A DNA stretch of 64,000 nt from Candidatus Thorarchaeota archaeon. Its GTDB lineage: Archaea; Asgardarchaeota; Thorarchaeia; Thorarchaeales; Thorarchaeaceae. Every line of letters starts with the position of its first letter. Position 1 is the first letter of the stretch. This document shows positions 1 to 9,144 of the stretch, piece by piece. The notes under the pieces were generated by a model that saw only the letters and a list, made by a program, of their open reading frames with translations, did no database searches and had not been told where the DNA came from. The position numbers and the translations under genes are program-made. The DNA is taken from positions 19,762-83,761 of the forward strand of contig JBHLRS010000004.1 of the NCBI GenBank assembly GCA_048882325.1, read 5' to 3'.

Positions 1-700
1 CTGGATCCTCCTCAAAAGCTAGATTTCGCCGAACAAGTTGCATTCTATCATCAATTGTGTGATGACTTCCAACTGCAACATGGAGGGGGAATCTATCAAG
101 CAATTGCGGTCTTAGCTCACCCTCTTCTGGGTTCATTGTTCCAATAAGCACAAAGTCAGAGGGATGCGAAATGGATATACCTTCACGTTCTATCACATTG
201 ATCTTGGTGGCTGCTGCATCTAGGAGGTCATCAACCAGGTGATCCGGAAGAAGATTCACCTCATCAACATAGAGTACATTCTGATGTGCCTCTGCTAGAA
301 TTCCAGTTCTTAGAGCTTGGATGCCATCCTGTAACACACGCTCTATGTCTAAAGATCCAATCAAGCGGTCCTCAGTTGTAGAGAGTGGGAGGTTCACCAC
401 CCGCATCTTCCTCTTTTCAGACTTGAGCTTCTTCCCAGAGTCGAGTTTCTCCCTGCAATCTGAACACAAGAGGTCATGATTTCCAGGATTACATCCAAAT
501 CTGCAGTCAACTTCAACTTCCACTTCTGGAAGGAGATCAGCCAAAGCTCGAACTACGGTAGTCTTTCCCGTTCCCTTTGGTCCTGAGATAAGGACTCCTC
601 CAATCTGCGGATTGATGCCATTTAGAATAAGGGCTAGCTTTAGTCGCTCTAGACCAACCAATGAGGTGAAAGGTAAGGTTGTCCGTTTTAGCTCGCCCAT
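1..700 (-). CDS. Magnesium chelatase subunit I (ChlI/BchI)-like AAA+ ATPase, 3' part runs off the window
   Basis: Not in the ORF track; manual translation gives [16 protein letters not shown]...[15 protein letters not shown] (Walker A)...[10 protein letters not shown]...LYVDEVNLL (Walker B)...[18 protein letters not shown]. Confidence 0.9.
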   Translation of the reverse strand, partial: MGELKRTTLPFTSLVGLERLKLALILNGINPQIGGVLISGPKGTGKTTVVRALADLLPEVEVEVDCRFGCNPGNHDLLCSDCREKLDSGKKLKSEKRKMRVVNLPLSTTEDRLIGSLDIERVLQDGIQALRTGILAEAHQNVLYVDEVNLLPDHLVDDLLDAAATKINVIEREGISISHPSDFVLIGTMNPEEGELRPQLLDRFPLHVAVGSHHTIDDRMQLVRRNLAFEEDP

Positions 701-736
701 ATACATCACATAACGTAATAATTCCGCGAATCCAGA

Positions 737-1942
737 GTGACAGGTACAAATAAGGCTAAGTGTTCATGTAATAATGTGAGAAAGTTGATATCACACATCT
801 CACACCTCGAATGCCCTCAGTGCAGGACAAAGTTCTCACCAGAAACAAGAACCACATACTGTGTCTGTGGTTCACCCCTCTTTGCTATCTATGACCTAAT
901 TGGTGTGAGAGAGGATTTGTCAAACAATGAGTTCCCCTCCAATCTGAATTCAATGTGGAGATACTCTCAGCTCCTACCAGTCAAGTCCCCCACTTGCGTA
1001 GTCAGTCTTGGAGAGGGTTGGACACCCCTCCTTCTATCAAGACGACTTGGAAAACACATTGGTCTTCAGCTGTTACGTATAAAAGACGAGGCCCAGAACC
1101 CCACTACGAGCTTTAAGGACAGAGGGCTCTGTACGGCTGTTTCAAAGCATTTTGAATTAGGAGCAAAAGCATTTGCATTACCATCTGCTGGAAATGCTGC
1201 TGTTTCGACCAGTGCATATGCGGCTGCTGCAGGACTCGAAGCTCATATTTTCATGCCTGATGATACTCCGGAACCCTTCTTCCAGCAGTGTGAGTTGTAT
1301 GGAGCCACAACAAAGAGAGTGGAAGGAACTATCTCAGAAGCAGGTAAAGAAATGCGTGCCCAGAATGGTGAGTGGACCGATCTCTCAACCACAAAGGAAC
1401 CATATCGTGTAGAAGGTAAGAAGACTCTTGGTTTTGAAATCTGTGAGCAGTTAGGTTGGTCAGTTCCGGATGCTGTGATCTGTCCAACAGGAGGAGGCAC
1501 AGCAATCATCGGGATATGGAAGGCATTCGACGAACTTGAAACGATAGGTTTGATTGGTTCAGAGAGACCTCGAATGTTTGCTGCACAGAGCGAAGGATGT
1601 GCACCAATCGTCCGAGCAATAGAGAAGGGAACTGATGCCATTGAAACGTGGGTGAATGGAGAAACAGAAGCCCTTGGGTTAAGGGTTCCTCATCCATTTG
1701 CAGGTCGACTAATCCTTCAAGCGATTCGGAACTCTGGAGGAAGTGCAGTCGCTGTCGCTGAGCGAGAAATCAAAACTGCGCGACGCACCGCATCCAAACT
1801 TGAGGGTCTAGACTTTTGTCCGGAAGCAGCAGTTGGTATCTGTGGTTTGCGAAACCTCATCGAATCTGGAAAAATCGATTATGATGAGGAGGTAGTGTTG
1901 CTCAATACAGGGAGTGGTGCGCGTTATACGAACATGATATGA
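737..1942 (+). CDS. thrC: Threonine synthase (PLP-dependent)
   Basis: N-terminal Zn ribbon, [19 protein letters not shown] (PLP lysine), SAGNAA, PTGGG, NTGSG. Confidence 0.9.
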   Translation: MTGTNKAKCSCNNVRKLISHISHLECPQCRTKFSPETRTTYCVCGSPLFAIYDLIGVREDLSNNEFPSNLNSMWRYSQLLPVKSPTCVVSLGEGWTPLLLSRRLGKHIGLQLLRIKDEAQNPTTSFKDRGLCTAVSKHFELGAKAFALPSAGNAAVSTSAYAAAAGLEAHIFMPDDTPEPFFQQCELYGATTKRVEGTISEAGKEMRAQNGEWTDLSTTKEPYRVEGKKTLGFEICEQLGWSVPDAVICPTGGGTAIIGIWKAFDELETIGLIGSERPRMFAAQSEGCAPIVRAIEKGTDAIETWVNGETEALGLRVPHPFAGRLILQAIRNSGGSAVAVAEREIKTARRTASKLEGLDFCPEAAVGICGLRNLIESGKIDYDEEVVLLNTGSGARYTNMI

Positions 1943-2024
1943 TTGGTGCGCAAAAAAACACCATTATTTATAGTCAGGTGAATTTAGCCCCAGAGTATCA
2001 AGAAGACCCACGGGGGAAACTCAA

Positions 2025-3182
2025 ATCGCGCAGTCAGTAGATAAATACGAAGACTATCAAGGAGTAAGAGAATCTCTGGTAGCAAGGAGAAAAGAACTAG
2101 TCTTTTTCCTCGGATTATTGATAGTTTATTTCTATCTGAGATTTCAGGGACTGGAGCCAACACTTGTCATTATTCTAGGTTTGATTGGAGGGATTTGGCT
2201 AGCTTTCAGACCATCAGAGTGGGCAGTTGAAGGATTTGAAAGTGCAGCTGGACATCTTGGATTAACAGCATATGTTGCTGGAATGTTGTCAAGTCTTGCG
2301 AGCAATATGCCCGAGGCAGTCATCAGCGGAATTGCTGCTTTTGATGGTTGGTCTACTGGAAATCAAGATTTGCTTGATATAGCTGTTCTATCGATTCTTA
2401 TAGCTGCAGGATTCAATATGCTGCTTCTTGGAATTACGATAGTCATATCCACGAGTGGGAAACCAGACATGGAGGTACCAGAAGAGGCGATCAAAAAGGA
2501 TTCAGTTTTGATTAGATGGACCTTTGTCGCTCTATTGAGCATGTTTGCCCTCGGGATTTTAGATATGGTTTCGCCTAATTCACCATCAAATCCAAGATTC
2601 CCAGCTGCAGCATCTTTCGTGCTGTTTTTGTCGTACATTATCTATGCTGGAGCATTAACCACTGGAGATGTTGTGAACGAACGTGCGAAGCCCCAAGCCA
2701 AAGCTAGCCACTCAAAGAGTACAACTGCAATCCTTGTTATAATCGGTTTCATTGGAATCTTCTTTGCGGGTGAAATACTCACTCATTCCGTTGAAGCACT
2801 TCTTACTGATTTTGGTATCCAGATTGAATCATTTGCCAATCGAGTGGCAATAGCAGCTTTGATTCTCGGTGCAGCAGGTGCTTTACCTGAACATGGTATT
2901 GCAATAATCGCAGCTGCAAAAGGAAAGGTTGGGTTGGCTGTAGGGAATCTGATTGGAGGCGTACTCCAGATTGTACTGCTAGTCATGGGGGGAATTGGAA
3001 TTTTCGTCCCTATACCACTTGATAGATACGTATTGTTTCAAATCATAGTGATTGCTGGGAGCTTGTGGTTCTTGAAACGAGCCATAACTGATGACCACAA
3101 GCTGGACTTCTTTGAAGGTGCAATGATCATCCTACTCCAAGCATATGTGTTTGTGCTACTTATTGCGGGGACTCCGGTATGA
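2025..3182 (+). CDS. Na+/Ca2+ (CaCA-family) cation exchanger; start probably ATC at 2025 (ORF track uses TTG 2118)
   Basis: Two alpha-repeat motifs (LASNMPE, AGALPEH...GNLIG), ~10-11 TM helices; frame open from 1974. Confidence 0.8.
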   Translation: MAQSVDKYEDYQGVRESLVARRKELVFFLGLLIVYFYLRFQGLEPTLVIILGLIGGIWLAFRPSEWAVEGFESAAGHLGLTAYVAGMLSSLASNMPEAVISGIAAFDGWSTGNQDLLDIAVLSILIAAGFNMLLLGITIVISTSGKPDMEVPEEAIKKDSVLIRWTFVALLSMFALGILDMVSPNSPSNPRFPAAASFVLFLSYIIYAGALTTGDVVNERAKPQAKASHSKSTTAILVIIGFIGIFFAGEILTHSVEALLTDFGIQIESFANRVAIAALILGAAGALPEHGIAIIAAAKGKVGLAVGNLIGGVLQIVLLVMGGIGIFVPIPLDRYVLFQIIVIAGSLWFLKRAITDDHKLDFFEGAMIILLQAYVFVLLIAGTPV

Positions 3183-3813
3183 CATGAGGTAGTATTGCTC
3201 TCAAATCATCGTCGTGTATGACTACATCTGCAGCCTCAGCCACATCTTCGTCCTCAGGATTGAAGGCAATCGATAGACCCACAACATCGAAAACACCCAT
3301 GTCATTCCTGCCGTCTCCTACGAATGCAGTTTCATCCAAGGGAATTCCAAAGTGGTTGTTTATCCTGTGAATCTCATCAGCTTTTCCACCCCACGCAACT
3401 AAATTGTCGACTCTACCAGTGAGAATTCCACTGTGATGATGAAGTATGTTGGTTAGAACATAATCAATCCCTACGCGGCTAGCGATGTCATCAGCCATTA
3501 TATTGAGTCCGCCAGAGAGGATTGCTGTCTTCAAACCATATCTCTTCAAAACTTGAATTGTTTCTTCAGAGCCACGTGTCAATTGAGTAGCTCTAACAAC
3601 CTTCATGACCTCATCAATAGTTTTACCCTTCCAGAGACCTGCGTCAAGATCAGCCCACTGATCATAGGTTATTTCTCCTGCGAAGTATTGGTCATAATAG
3701 AGCTTGCCTTCATTTGTTGTTCCAAAATGTTCATGAAGTCGCCACCACACACTACTGTGTCTGGTTAGCGTTCCATCCACATCAAATACAACTAGCCGGA
3801 TAACCAATCTCAA
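3160..3813 (-). CDS. HAD-IB phosphatase, phosphoserine phosphatase-like
   Basis: FDVDGT, ILSGG, K, VGDGRND motifs. Confidence 0.85.
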   Translation of the reverse strand: MRLVIRLVVFDVDGTLTRHSSVWWRLHEHFGTTNEGKLYYDQYFAGEITYDQWADLDAGLWKGKTIDEVMKVVRATQLTRGSEETIQVLKRYGLKTAILSGGLNIMADDIASRVGIDYVLTNILHHHSGILTGRVDNLVAWGGKADEIHRINNHFGIPLDETAFVGDGRNDMGVFDVVGLSIAFNPEDEDVAEAADVVIHDDDLRAILPHVIPESPQ

Positions 3814-3846
3814 CTACACCTGAAAATTACCTGATTTAAATGAAAT

Positions 3847-4509
3847 CTACTCTTTTTCTCGAGCTCTTTCTTCTCGAGCTTCCTTCTCAAGATCAGCCAA
3901 GAGCTCATCAATTCGTTTATCGTCAGATTTCTTGGATTCAGAGGATTTTACTGGTTTTTCTCCTTCAGTCCCGAGTGGTGGTAGGACACCTTCTTTTTCA
4001 AGCAACACCTCAGCTTCCATTGATTGGAGCTGACGATCTATCCGCTCTTCATCCTCTATTGTTGAGTCAGTCCCTGACAAATCCTCAGACAGGAGTTCAC
4101 CAGCAATTGAAATGTGCTCGAATGATTCAGATAGCTTGTCTAACTGTGTCTGAATCTCTTCTGGTCGCAACATTGATCGTGCTTCTGTCAGAGCATCGTT
4201 TGCTATGGTGAAGGCTCTTAGTACCTCAGCCTGAGTTTTGGCTTCCTCCAAGTTTAGTAAAGCAGTTTCCAGCGTGAGGAATTGTTGCTGATATCGACCC
4301 CTTCGATTCTCAAGATCTACTACTATGCCTAGATGAGAACGTGCCACTGCTCGGTTGCCCTTTACGATAGCCTCCCGTGCAGACCTTTGTTCCTCGACCA
4401 TGCGTGTTTCAAGTCTACGAATCCTTAGGGTCAGAGCATTCATTGTACCCTTCATTTCTAGAATTCCGCGTTCTGCATCTACCTTTTTCTTACCGCTAAG
4501 AAAGCCCAT
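3847..4509 (-). CDS. Snf7-family ESCRT-III subunit (Vps20/Vps32/CHMP6-like)
   Basis: MGFLSGKKK N-terminus, basic helical hairpin (..AREAIVKGNRAVARSHL..), acidic C-half (DEERIDRQL), LPPL MIM2-like motif, C-terminal LLADLE helix. Confidence 0.85.
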   Translation of the reverse strand: MGFLSGKKKVDAERGILEMKGTMNALTLRIRRLETRMVEEQRSAREAIVKGNRAVARSHLGIVVDLENRRGRYQQQFLTLETALLNLEEAKTQAEVLRAFTIANDALTEARSMLRPEEIQTQLDKLSESFEHISIAGELLSEDLSGTDSTIEDEERIDRQLQSMEAEVLLEKEGVLPPLGTEGEKPVKSSESKKSDDKRIDELLADLEKEAREERAREKE

Positions 4510-4626
4510 TTGTTCCACCAGATTTGGCCTTACGATTCCTACTCGTGTCTTGACGCATTTAAGGTATTGTAATCACTACCCAACAAGTGATATAGAGCCG
4601 ACAAATACTAGCAAGATGAATTCAGC

Positions 4627-5439
4627 ATGACACTTCAAAAAATACTGCAGAACGCAATAGCTGATGCTAAGAAGGTCATAATAAGCAATCTCGATGCTGC
4701 ACAAGAGCGCACAGGTGATTTGAATCCTTATGGTGACAAGACACTCTTACTTGATGTCAAAGCTGAGGATGCTATAATCAGCATACTCACCAGTTCCAGC
4801 ATTAACTTTGAGATTCTATCTGAGGAGAAAGGCCTCATAAAGAACGACAAGAAGCCAGAATACCTTGCTCTCATTGACCCAATAGATGGTTCTGTAAATC
4901 TGGAGAAAGGAATCCCATTGGTAGCAATTGGAATCGCGATAGTTCCTTACAAAGAAGAAATGAATTCAGATGACGCAGAGATCAGTATCATTGATTCGGT
5001 CTTTACCAATGAAACATACTTAGCTATCACCGGAGAAGGTGTGAAAAGGAATGGTGTACGGGTAAAACCCTCACCTCCCGTTGAGCTCAAAGATGCCATT
5101 ATCTCTTACGACTTGAAGAAGACTTGGGATTCGGACTACATGACAAAATCATTCAGAACAATTAGTGCAGTCCATGATACAAGAAGAACTGCGAGTAATC
5201 TTCTTGATCTGTGCTGGACAGCTGCAGGTTTCATAGATGGTATGGTAGATCTAAGGGATATGCTGCCAATAATTCACCTTTGTGGAACACATATGGTTTT
5301 TGAATCTGGGGGATTTGTTGTCGACCAAAATGGAGGAAGATTCTGTCCACCTCTTAGGCCTGAAGTAATGATGAATTTCGTGGCTGCATCATCTGAGAAC
5401 CTCGCTAGGCAAATCTTAGCTAAATTCAACGGAAGCTAA
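4627..5439 (+). CDS. Inositol monophosphatase / FBPase family
   Basis: LSEEKG, IDPIDGSVN motifs. Confidence 0.85.
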   Translation: MTLQKILQNAIADAKKVIISNLDAAQERTGDLNPYGDKTLLLDVKAEDAIISILTSSSINFEILSEEKGLIKNDKKPEYLALIDPIDGSVNLEKGIPLVAIGIAIVPYKEEMNSDDAEISIIDSVFTNETYLAITGEGVKRNGVRVKPSPPVELKDAIISYDLKKTWDSDYMTKSFRTISAVHDTRRTASNLLDLCWTAAGFIDGMVDLRDMLPIIHLCGTHMVFESGGFVVDQNGGRFCPPLRPEVMMNFVAASSENLARQILAKFNGS

Positions 5440-5498
5440 CATTTCAGACATATACGACCTTTTATTAGATTCTCACTTGCGCGACGATTTTGATAACA

Positions 5499-6308
5499 AT
5501 GTCAAAACCTCCAGTCACGACGGATATTGCTGAGAATATGAAAGGAATAAAACACAAGATTGTGGTTCTCTCCGGTAAAGGTGGTGTTGGAAAAACAACT
5601 GTTGCTACCAACCTTGTTGTGTCATTTGCCAAGAGGGGCAGAAGTGCGGGAATTGTAGATGTTGATATCTATGGTCCCAATGTTCCTAAACTTCTCGGAA
5701 TGGAAGGTCAACATCCAACTGTTGACGGAGATTTCCTTTTACCGATTATTGGTCCCCAAGAGGTAAAGGTCATGAGCATGGGTTTTCTTCTAAGGAAAGA
5801 CGATGATGCTGTTGCATGGCGTGGACCCTTGGTTGCCCGGGCAATCAGCCAGTTTCTAGCGAATGTCCGATGGGGAGAGCTTGATGTTCTAGTTGTAGAT
5901 CTACCTCCTGGAACGGGAGATGAGATTCTTAGTATTCTGCAATTAATTCCAGATATTGATGGTGTTGTGATTGTTTCTACACCCCAAGAGGTCGCTGTTC
6001 TTGATGCAAGGAGAGCAATTCAACTAGTAGAAAAAATGCAAGTACCTGTTCTAGGAATTGTTGAGAACATGTCCGAGTTTATCTGTCCAAAGTGCGGAGA
6101 GGCACACCGACTTTTTGGTGAAGGAGCTGCAAAAAAGGCTTCAGATGAACTAAGTGTTGACCATCTAGGTACTTTGCCACTTGATCCTAGGATTATCGCT
6201 CTCAGTGATGAAGGAACCCCATTTGTGATTAGGGAACCAGAATCAAAAGCGGCAATAGCCTTTGCTGCACTTGTTGACAAACTAGCCAAAAAGACCAATA
6301 TGGAGTAA
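5499..6308 (+). CDS. Mrp/NBP35 (ApbC) Fe-S cluster carrier ATPase
   Basis: SGKGGVGKT, DVDIYGP, WRGP, DLPPGTGD, ENMS..CPKC. Confidence 0.95.
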   Translation: MSKPPVTTDIAENMKGIKHKIVVLSGKGGVGKTTVATNLVVSFAKRGRSAGIVDVDIYGPNVPKLLGMEGQHPTVDGDFLLPIIGPQEVKVMSMGFLLRKDDDAVAWRGPLVARAISQFLANVRWGELDVLVVDLPPGTGDEILSILQLIPDIDGVVIVSTPQEVAVLDARRAIQLVEKMQVPVLGIVENMSEFICPKCGEAHRLFGEGAAKKASDELSVDHLGTLPLDPRIIALSDEGTPFVIREPESKAAIAFAALVDKLAKKTNME

Positions 6309-6333
6309 TAGATGTAATAAAGAAGAGAATGGT

Positions 6334-6843
6334 TCAGTCCTCTTCCATGACATCATCATCTTCCTCAGGCATTTCTTCCTCCGTGACATCCTCAGTGACA
6401 GCTTCTACCTCTTCGAGTAGCTCTTCTTCTCTTTCTTCTTCATCGAGCTCTTCATCTTCAACTTCTACTTCTTCTATTTCTTCTTCCGCCTCTTCACCTT
6501 CTTCATCAACCTCATCCTCCTCAAACTCTTCTTCAACAACTGAACCGGGTTTCAGCCGGAGGATGAAGACATATCCAAGTAGGAAACTTACAGCTCCAAG
6601 TAGAAGTGTCAGCCAGACTGCACCATCGAGTCCAAACCAATGAACCGGGTCAAGGGCAAGTCGATCCCTTCGTATTCCTAAAGCAATAGTTTGGAACCAC
6701 TGCGGAATAGTGAACGCAAGTGGAATGCAAATAATTACAAGCAAAATTATTGACAGAATAATCTCAGCAGTATAGTTCAGGATTTTCCTTAGTGTGCTGT
6801 CAACAGCTTTCTTTGCCACAGACAATTTCACTCGCCTTGCCAT
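6334..6843 (-). CDS. Two-TM membrane protein with very acidic C-terminal tail
   Basis: Basic N-terminus, two hydrophobic segments, ~65 aa Glu/Asp-rich tail; upstream GGAG. Confidence 0.7.
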   Translation of the reverse strand: MARRVKLSVAKKAVDSTLRKILNYTAEIILSIILLVIICIPLAFTIPQWFQTIALGIRRDRLALDPVHWFGLDGAVWLTLLLGAVSFLLGYVFILRLKPGSVVEEEFEEDEVDEEGEEAEEEIEEVEVEDEELDEEEREEELLEEVEAVTEDVTEEEMPEEDDDVMEED

Positions 6844-6939
6844 GGCTCCTTGCGAACTCCATTAAAACCTTCTGGCTGGAGAATAGATGCACAAGAGAAT
6901 CGAAGAAGTCTCTAATGGCAGTTAGGTAGATGATTCTAT

Positions 6940-7063
6940 AGAAGAAGTGAGGAGGGAGGGGGCCCGCAAAAACAAGCGAGTTGTTCGCCAGTCGGGTCGG
7001 ACGTTTTGAGAGAGGGAGGGAGTGACAGTATTCATGATGGTCGCGATCGGACCCCCTGTTCCT
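6940..7063 (-). ncRNA. Putative stem-closed CU-rich small RNA (copy 1)
   Basis: TATA-like TTATATGC (7092-7085), 5' AGGAACAGGGGGUCC pairing with GGGCCCCCU (9 bp incl. G-U, minus strand only), CUCCCUCCC loop, CU/U-rich tail. Confidence 0.5.
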
Positions 7064-7136
7064 AAGAGATAATAGATAATAATAGCATATAAGGATTGTT
7101 GATATATCCGTATCTCGAGAGAGAAAAGGAACACTT

Positions 7137-8729
7137 ATGGCTTTTAATGTTCAACTAGTTGAAATTGGATGTGAGCAACCAGTAACGAGAGTGGATAATT
7201 TGGAGAAGAGTCGAGGACCAGCTTGGGCGACGCTCATAGTCACATCCATATTCATCATTCTAACTTCCCTGTTTATCCTCCTCGCATTCTCAGGATTCGC
7301 ATGGAACATCATTACAGAGCAAGTTTTCTCATTCTGGCTTACAATACTTACTATCGGACTAGCAATATCTGCAATGGCAGTATCAACATACTCGTTTGTT
7401 CTGTACATTCAGATTCGCGATGTAAGACACCTCATGTTGATACTACTTGGTGCAAACATCGTGATTTGGTCATTCTTGTTTCTAGTAACACACCCATCCT
7501 CAGAATTATGGTCAGGAGTCTTCTCTGATAGGGATAGAAATCGGACACTTGCAATGGCGTTGGTTCTCGCTGTTGTGCCAAGTATCCTTCTGGGATCATT
7601 TGTAGGGGAAGTGAAACCCAAACGTTCAATCAAACTCATCCTCATAACTTGGGGAACTCTCATAATGCCTTGCATTAGCCTTTGGTTATTCCTAAGCCAA
7701 GAACCTGTCTTTATCATGGTTATAGGAGATGGAGGCGTCGAAGGACTGACTTTGATTGGGGCAATTTTATCAATGGTGTATTTAATCTCCCAGATATTAG
7801 CCCTGATTCGATTTGCGTACAAGTGGTGGAAGACAAGAAACATAATTGACCTTTCACTATTGCTTGCTTTAGCTGTATGGACCATGGGGACTGGTTTTAT
7901 CATAGTTCTTTGGAACCCATTGCAAATTGCTGAACTACTTTGGGTAGCCTCAATCATATCGGGATTTTTGATAATAGGATCAGTGCAGTTTCTAACAGCA
8001 ATCATCGAACCTCACAGGTTCTTGGAGAACCAGGTTGCCCAGCGAACAAGGGAACTTAATCTTTCAAAACAGGAAAGTGAATTCTACCTGAAGATGTGGA
8101 CTCATAAAATGGGAAATCTATTGCAAGGTTTGGTTGTCTATCTCGATATACTAGAAATGGCATCTCAGAATAGTGAGGAAGATATGCAGACTCGCAGTGC
8201 TGCAAGCGACCTCAGCAGAGAAGCCGCAATGCTAAATCAACAAGTCATCCAACTCACAAGGATAAAGGAGAGCCTTGATCAAGTATTATGGCCAGTCAAT
8301 CTTCCGGAGGCTTTCGAGGACGCTGTCAAATCAGCGACCAAACTTTTGGGAGATCATGCATTCAAATCAGAGTTCACATATGGTGCACCAATTACTGTGG
8401 ACGGCGATAATCTTCTCCCACTTGCATTCCATAGTACAATTGCGTATTTTGTGAAAAACAGGTTGGTTGACCAGCCAGTCATCAAAGTCAGTGTTGGACC
8501 TGAAGAAGCACCAAGAAGCGTCAAAATCGCATGTAAAGGAAAACCGATTCCAGAGAGCCTTAGAACATTCTTGGAAGGTGATGAATTAAGAGGGCAGATA
8601 GCACTTGATATCGATCTCTTTACAATAAAACTTCTAATGAATCGTTATCAGGCAACAGTTGAATGCGGTCGAAACGAAGCAACTGAAGAGAATGTTTGCA
8701 GGTTCATATTTCCCGAGTCAACACGTTGA
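7137..8729 (+). CDS. Multi-TM sensor histidine kinase-like protein with degenerate ATPase domain
   Basis: ~8 TM helices, S-helix LENQVAQRTREL, H-box WTHKMGNLL; N/G boxes poorly conserved. Confidence 0.7.
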   Translation: MAFNVQLVEIGCEQPVTRVDNLEKSRGPAWATLIVTSIFIILTSLFILLAFSGFAWNIITEQVFSFWLTILTIGLAISAMAVSTYSFVLYIQIRDVRHLMLILLGANIVIWSFLFLVTHPSSELWSGVFSDRDRNRTLAMALVLAVVPSILLGSFVGEVKPKRSIKLILITWGTLIMPCISLWLFLSQEPVFIMVIGDGGVEGLTLIGAILSMVYLISQILALIRFAYKWWKTRNIIDLSLLLALAVWTMGTGFIIVLWNPLQIAELLWVASIISGFLIIGSVQFLTAIIEPHRFLENQVAQRTRELNLSKQESEFYLKMWTHKMGNLLQGLVVYLDILEMASQNSEEDMQTRSAASDLSREAAMLNQQVIQLTRIKESLDQVLWPVNLPEAFEDAVKSATKLLGDHAFKSEFTYGAPITVDGDNLLPLAFHSTIAYFVKNRLVDQPVIKVSVGPEEAPRSVKIACKGKPIPESLRTFLEGDELRGQIALDIDLFTIKLLMNRYQATVECGRNEATEENVCRFIFPESTR

Positions 8730-8913
8730 AGGCATAGATATTTCTGAAATTCACGCGCGTTCTGGTATAAACCAAGAAACTGTACGTGAGATTCTTGCAG
8801 CTCGTCTAATCAATAGAATTCTATTCGGGTTTATCGAAGAAGATCTCTTCGTACGAGATACATCAACGAGACCACCTACCTACCCAGGTCGAATGGGCTT
8901 ATATGGTAGATAG
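8659..8913 (+). CDS. Short winged-helix/PCI-like ORF, possibly a gene remnant
   Basis: IDISEIHARSGINQETVREILAARLINRILFGFIEEDLF resembles the end of a PCI/wHTH domain; overlaps the kinase 3' end. Confidence 0.35.
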   Translation: MNAVETKQLKRMFAGSYFPSQHVEGIDISEIHARSGINQETVREILAARLINRILFGFIEEDLFVRDTSTRPPTYPGRMGLYGR

Positions 8914-8996
8914 CAAAAGAGGGGGAGAAGGGAGCCGTAGAGAACATGGAAGGAGGAGAGAAACTGCTTCTGAGAGAGAAAGGCTCCCTGTTCCTC
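8913..8996 (-). ncRNA. Putative stem-closed CU-rich small RNA (copy 2)
   Basis: TATA-like TTAAATAT (9025-9018), 5' GAGGAACAGGGAGCC pairing with GGCUCCCU (8 bp), CUCUCCUCCUUCC loop, CCCCCUCUUUU tail. Confidence 0.5.
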
Positions 8997-9144
8997 ATAA
9001 TTAGTATTGCTTAGAATATATTTAAGCAAATGTCAGATTGCGGAGACTCTTACTACAAATTTCTGCATTTCATGAGTATCATTACCAGATTCTCTATACT
9101 TCTATCAAACAACTTATCTAATTCAGAGATATGTACATTGTCAA

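Noticed and set aside
537-749. 70-aa minus-strand ORF
   Set aside because: Alternate frame overlapping the real ChlI-like gene
6329-6643. Ser-rich 104-aa ORF and the apparent TCT/TCA microsatellite
   Set aside because: Antisense shadow of the Glu-rich tail of 6334-6843; not an independent gene or repeat array
6922-7134. 70-aa minus-strand ORF across the first sRNA candidate
   Set aside because: No SD or recognisable motif; it spans a TATA box, and the stem/CU pattern is better explained as RNA
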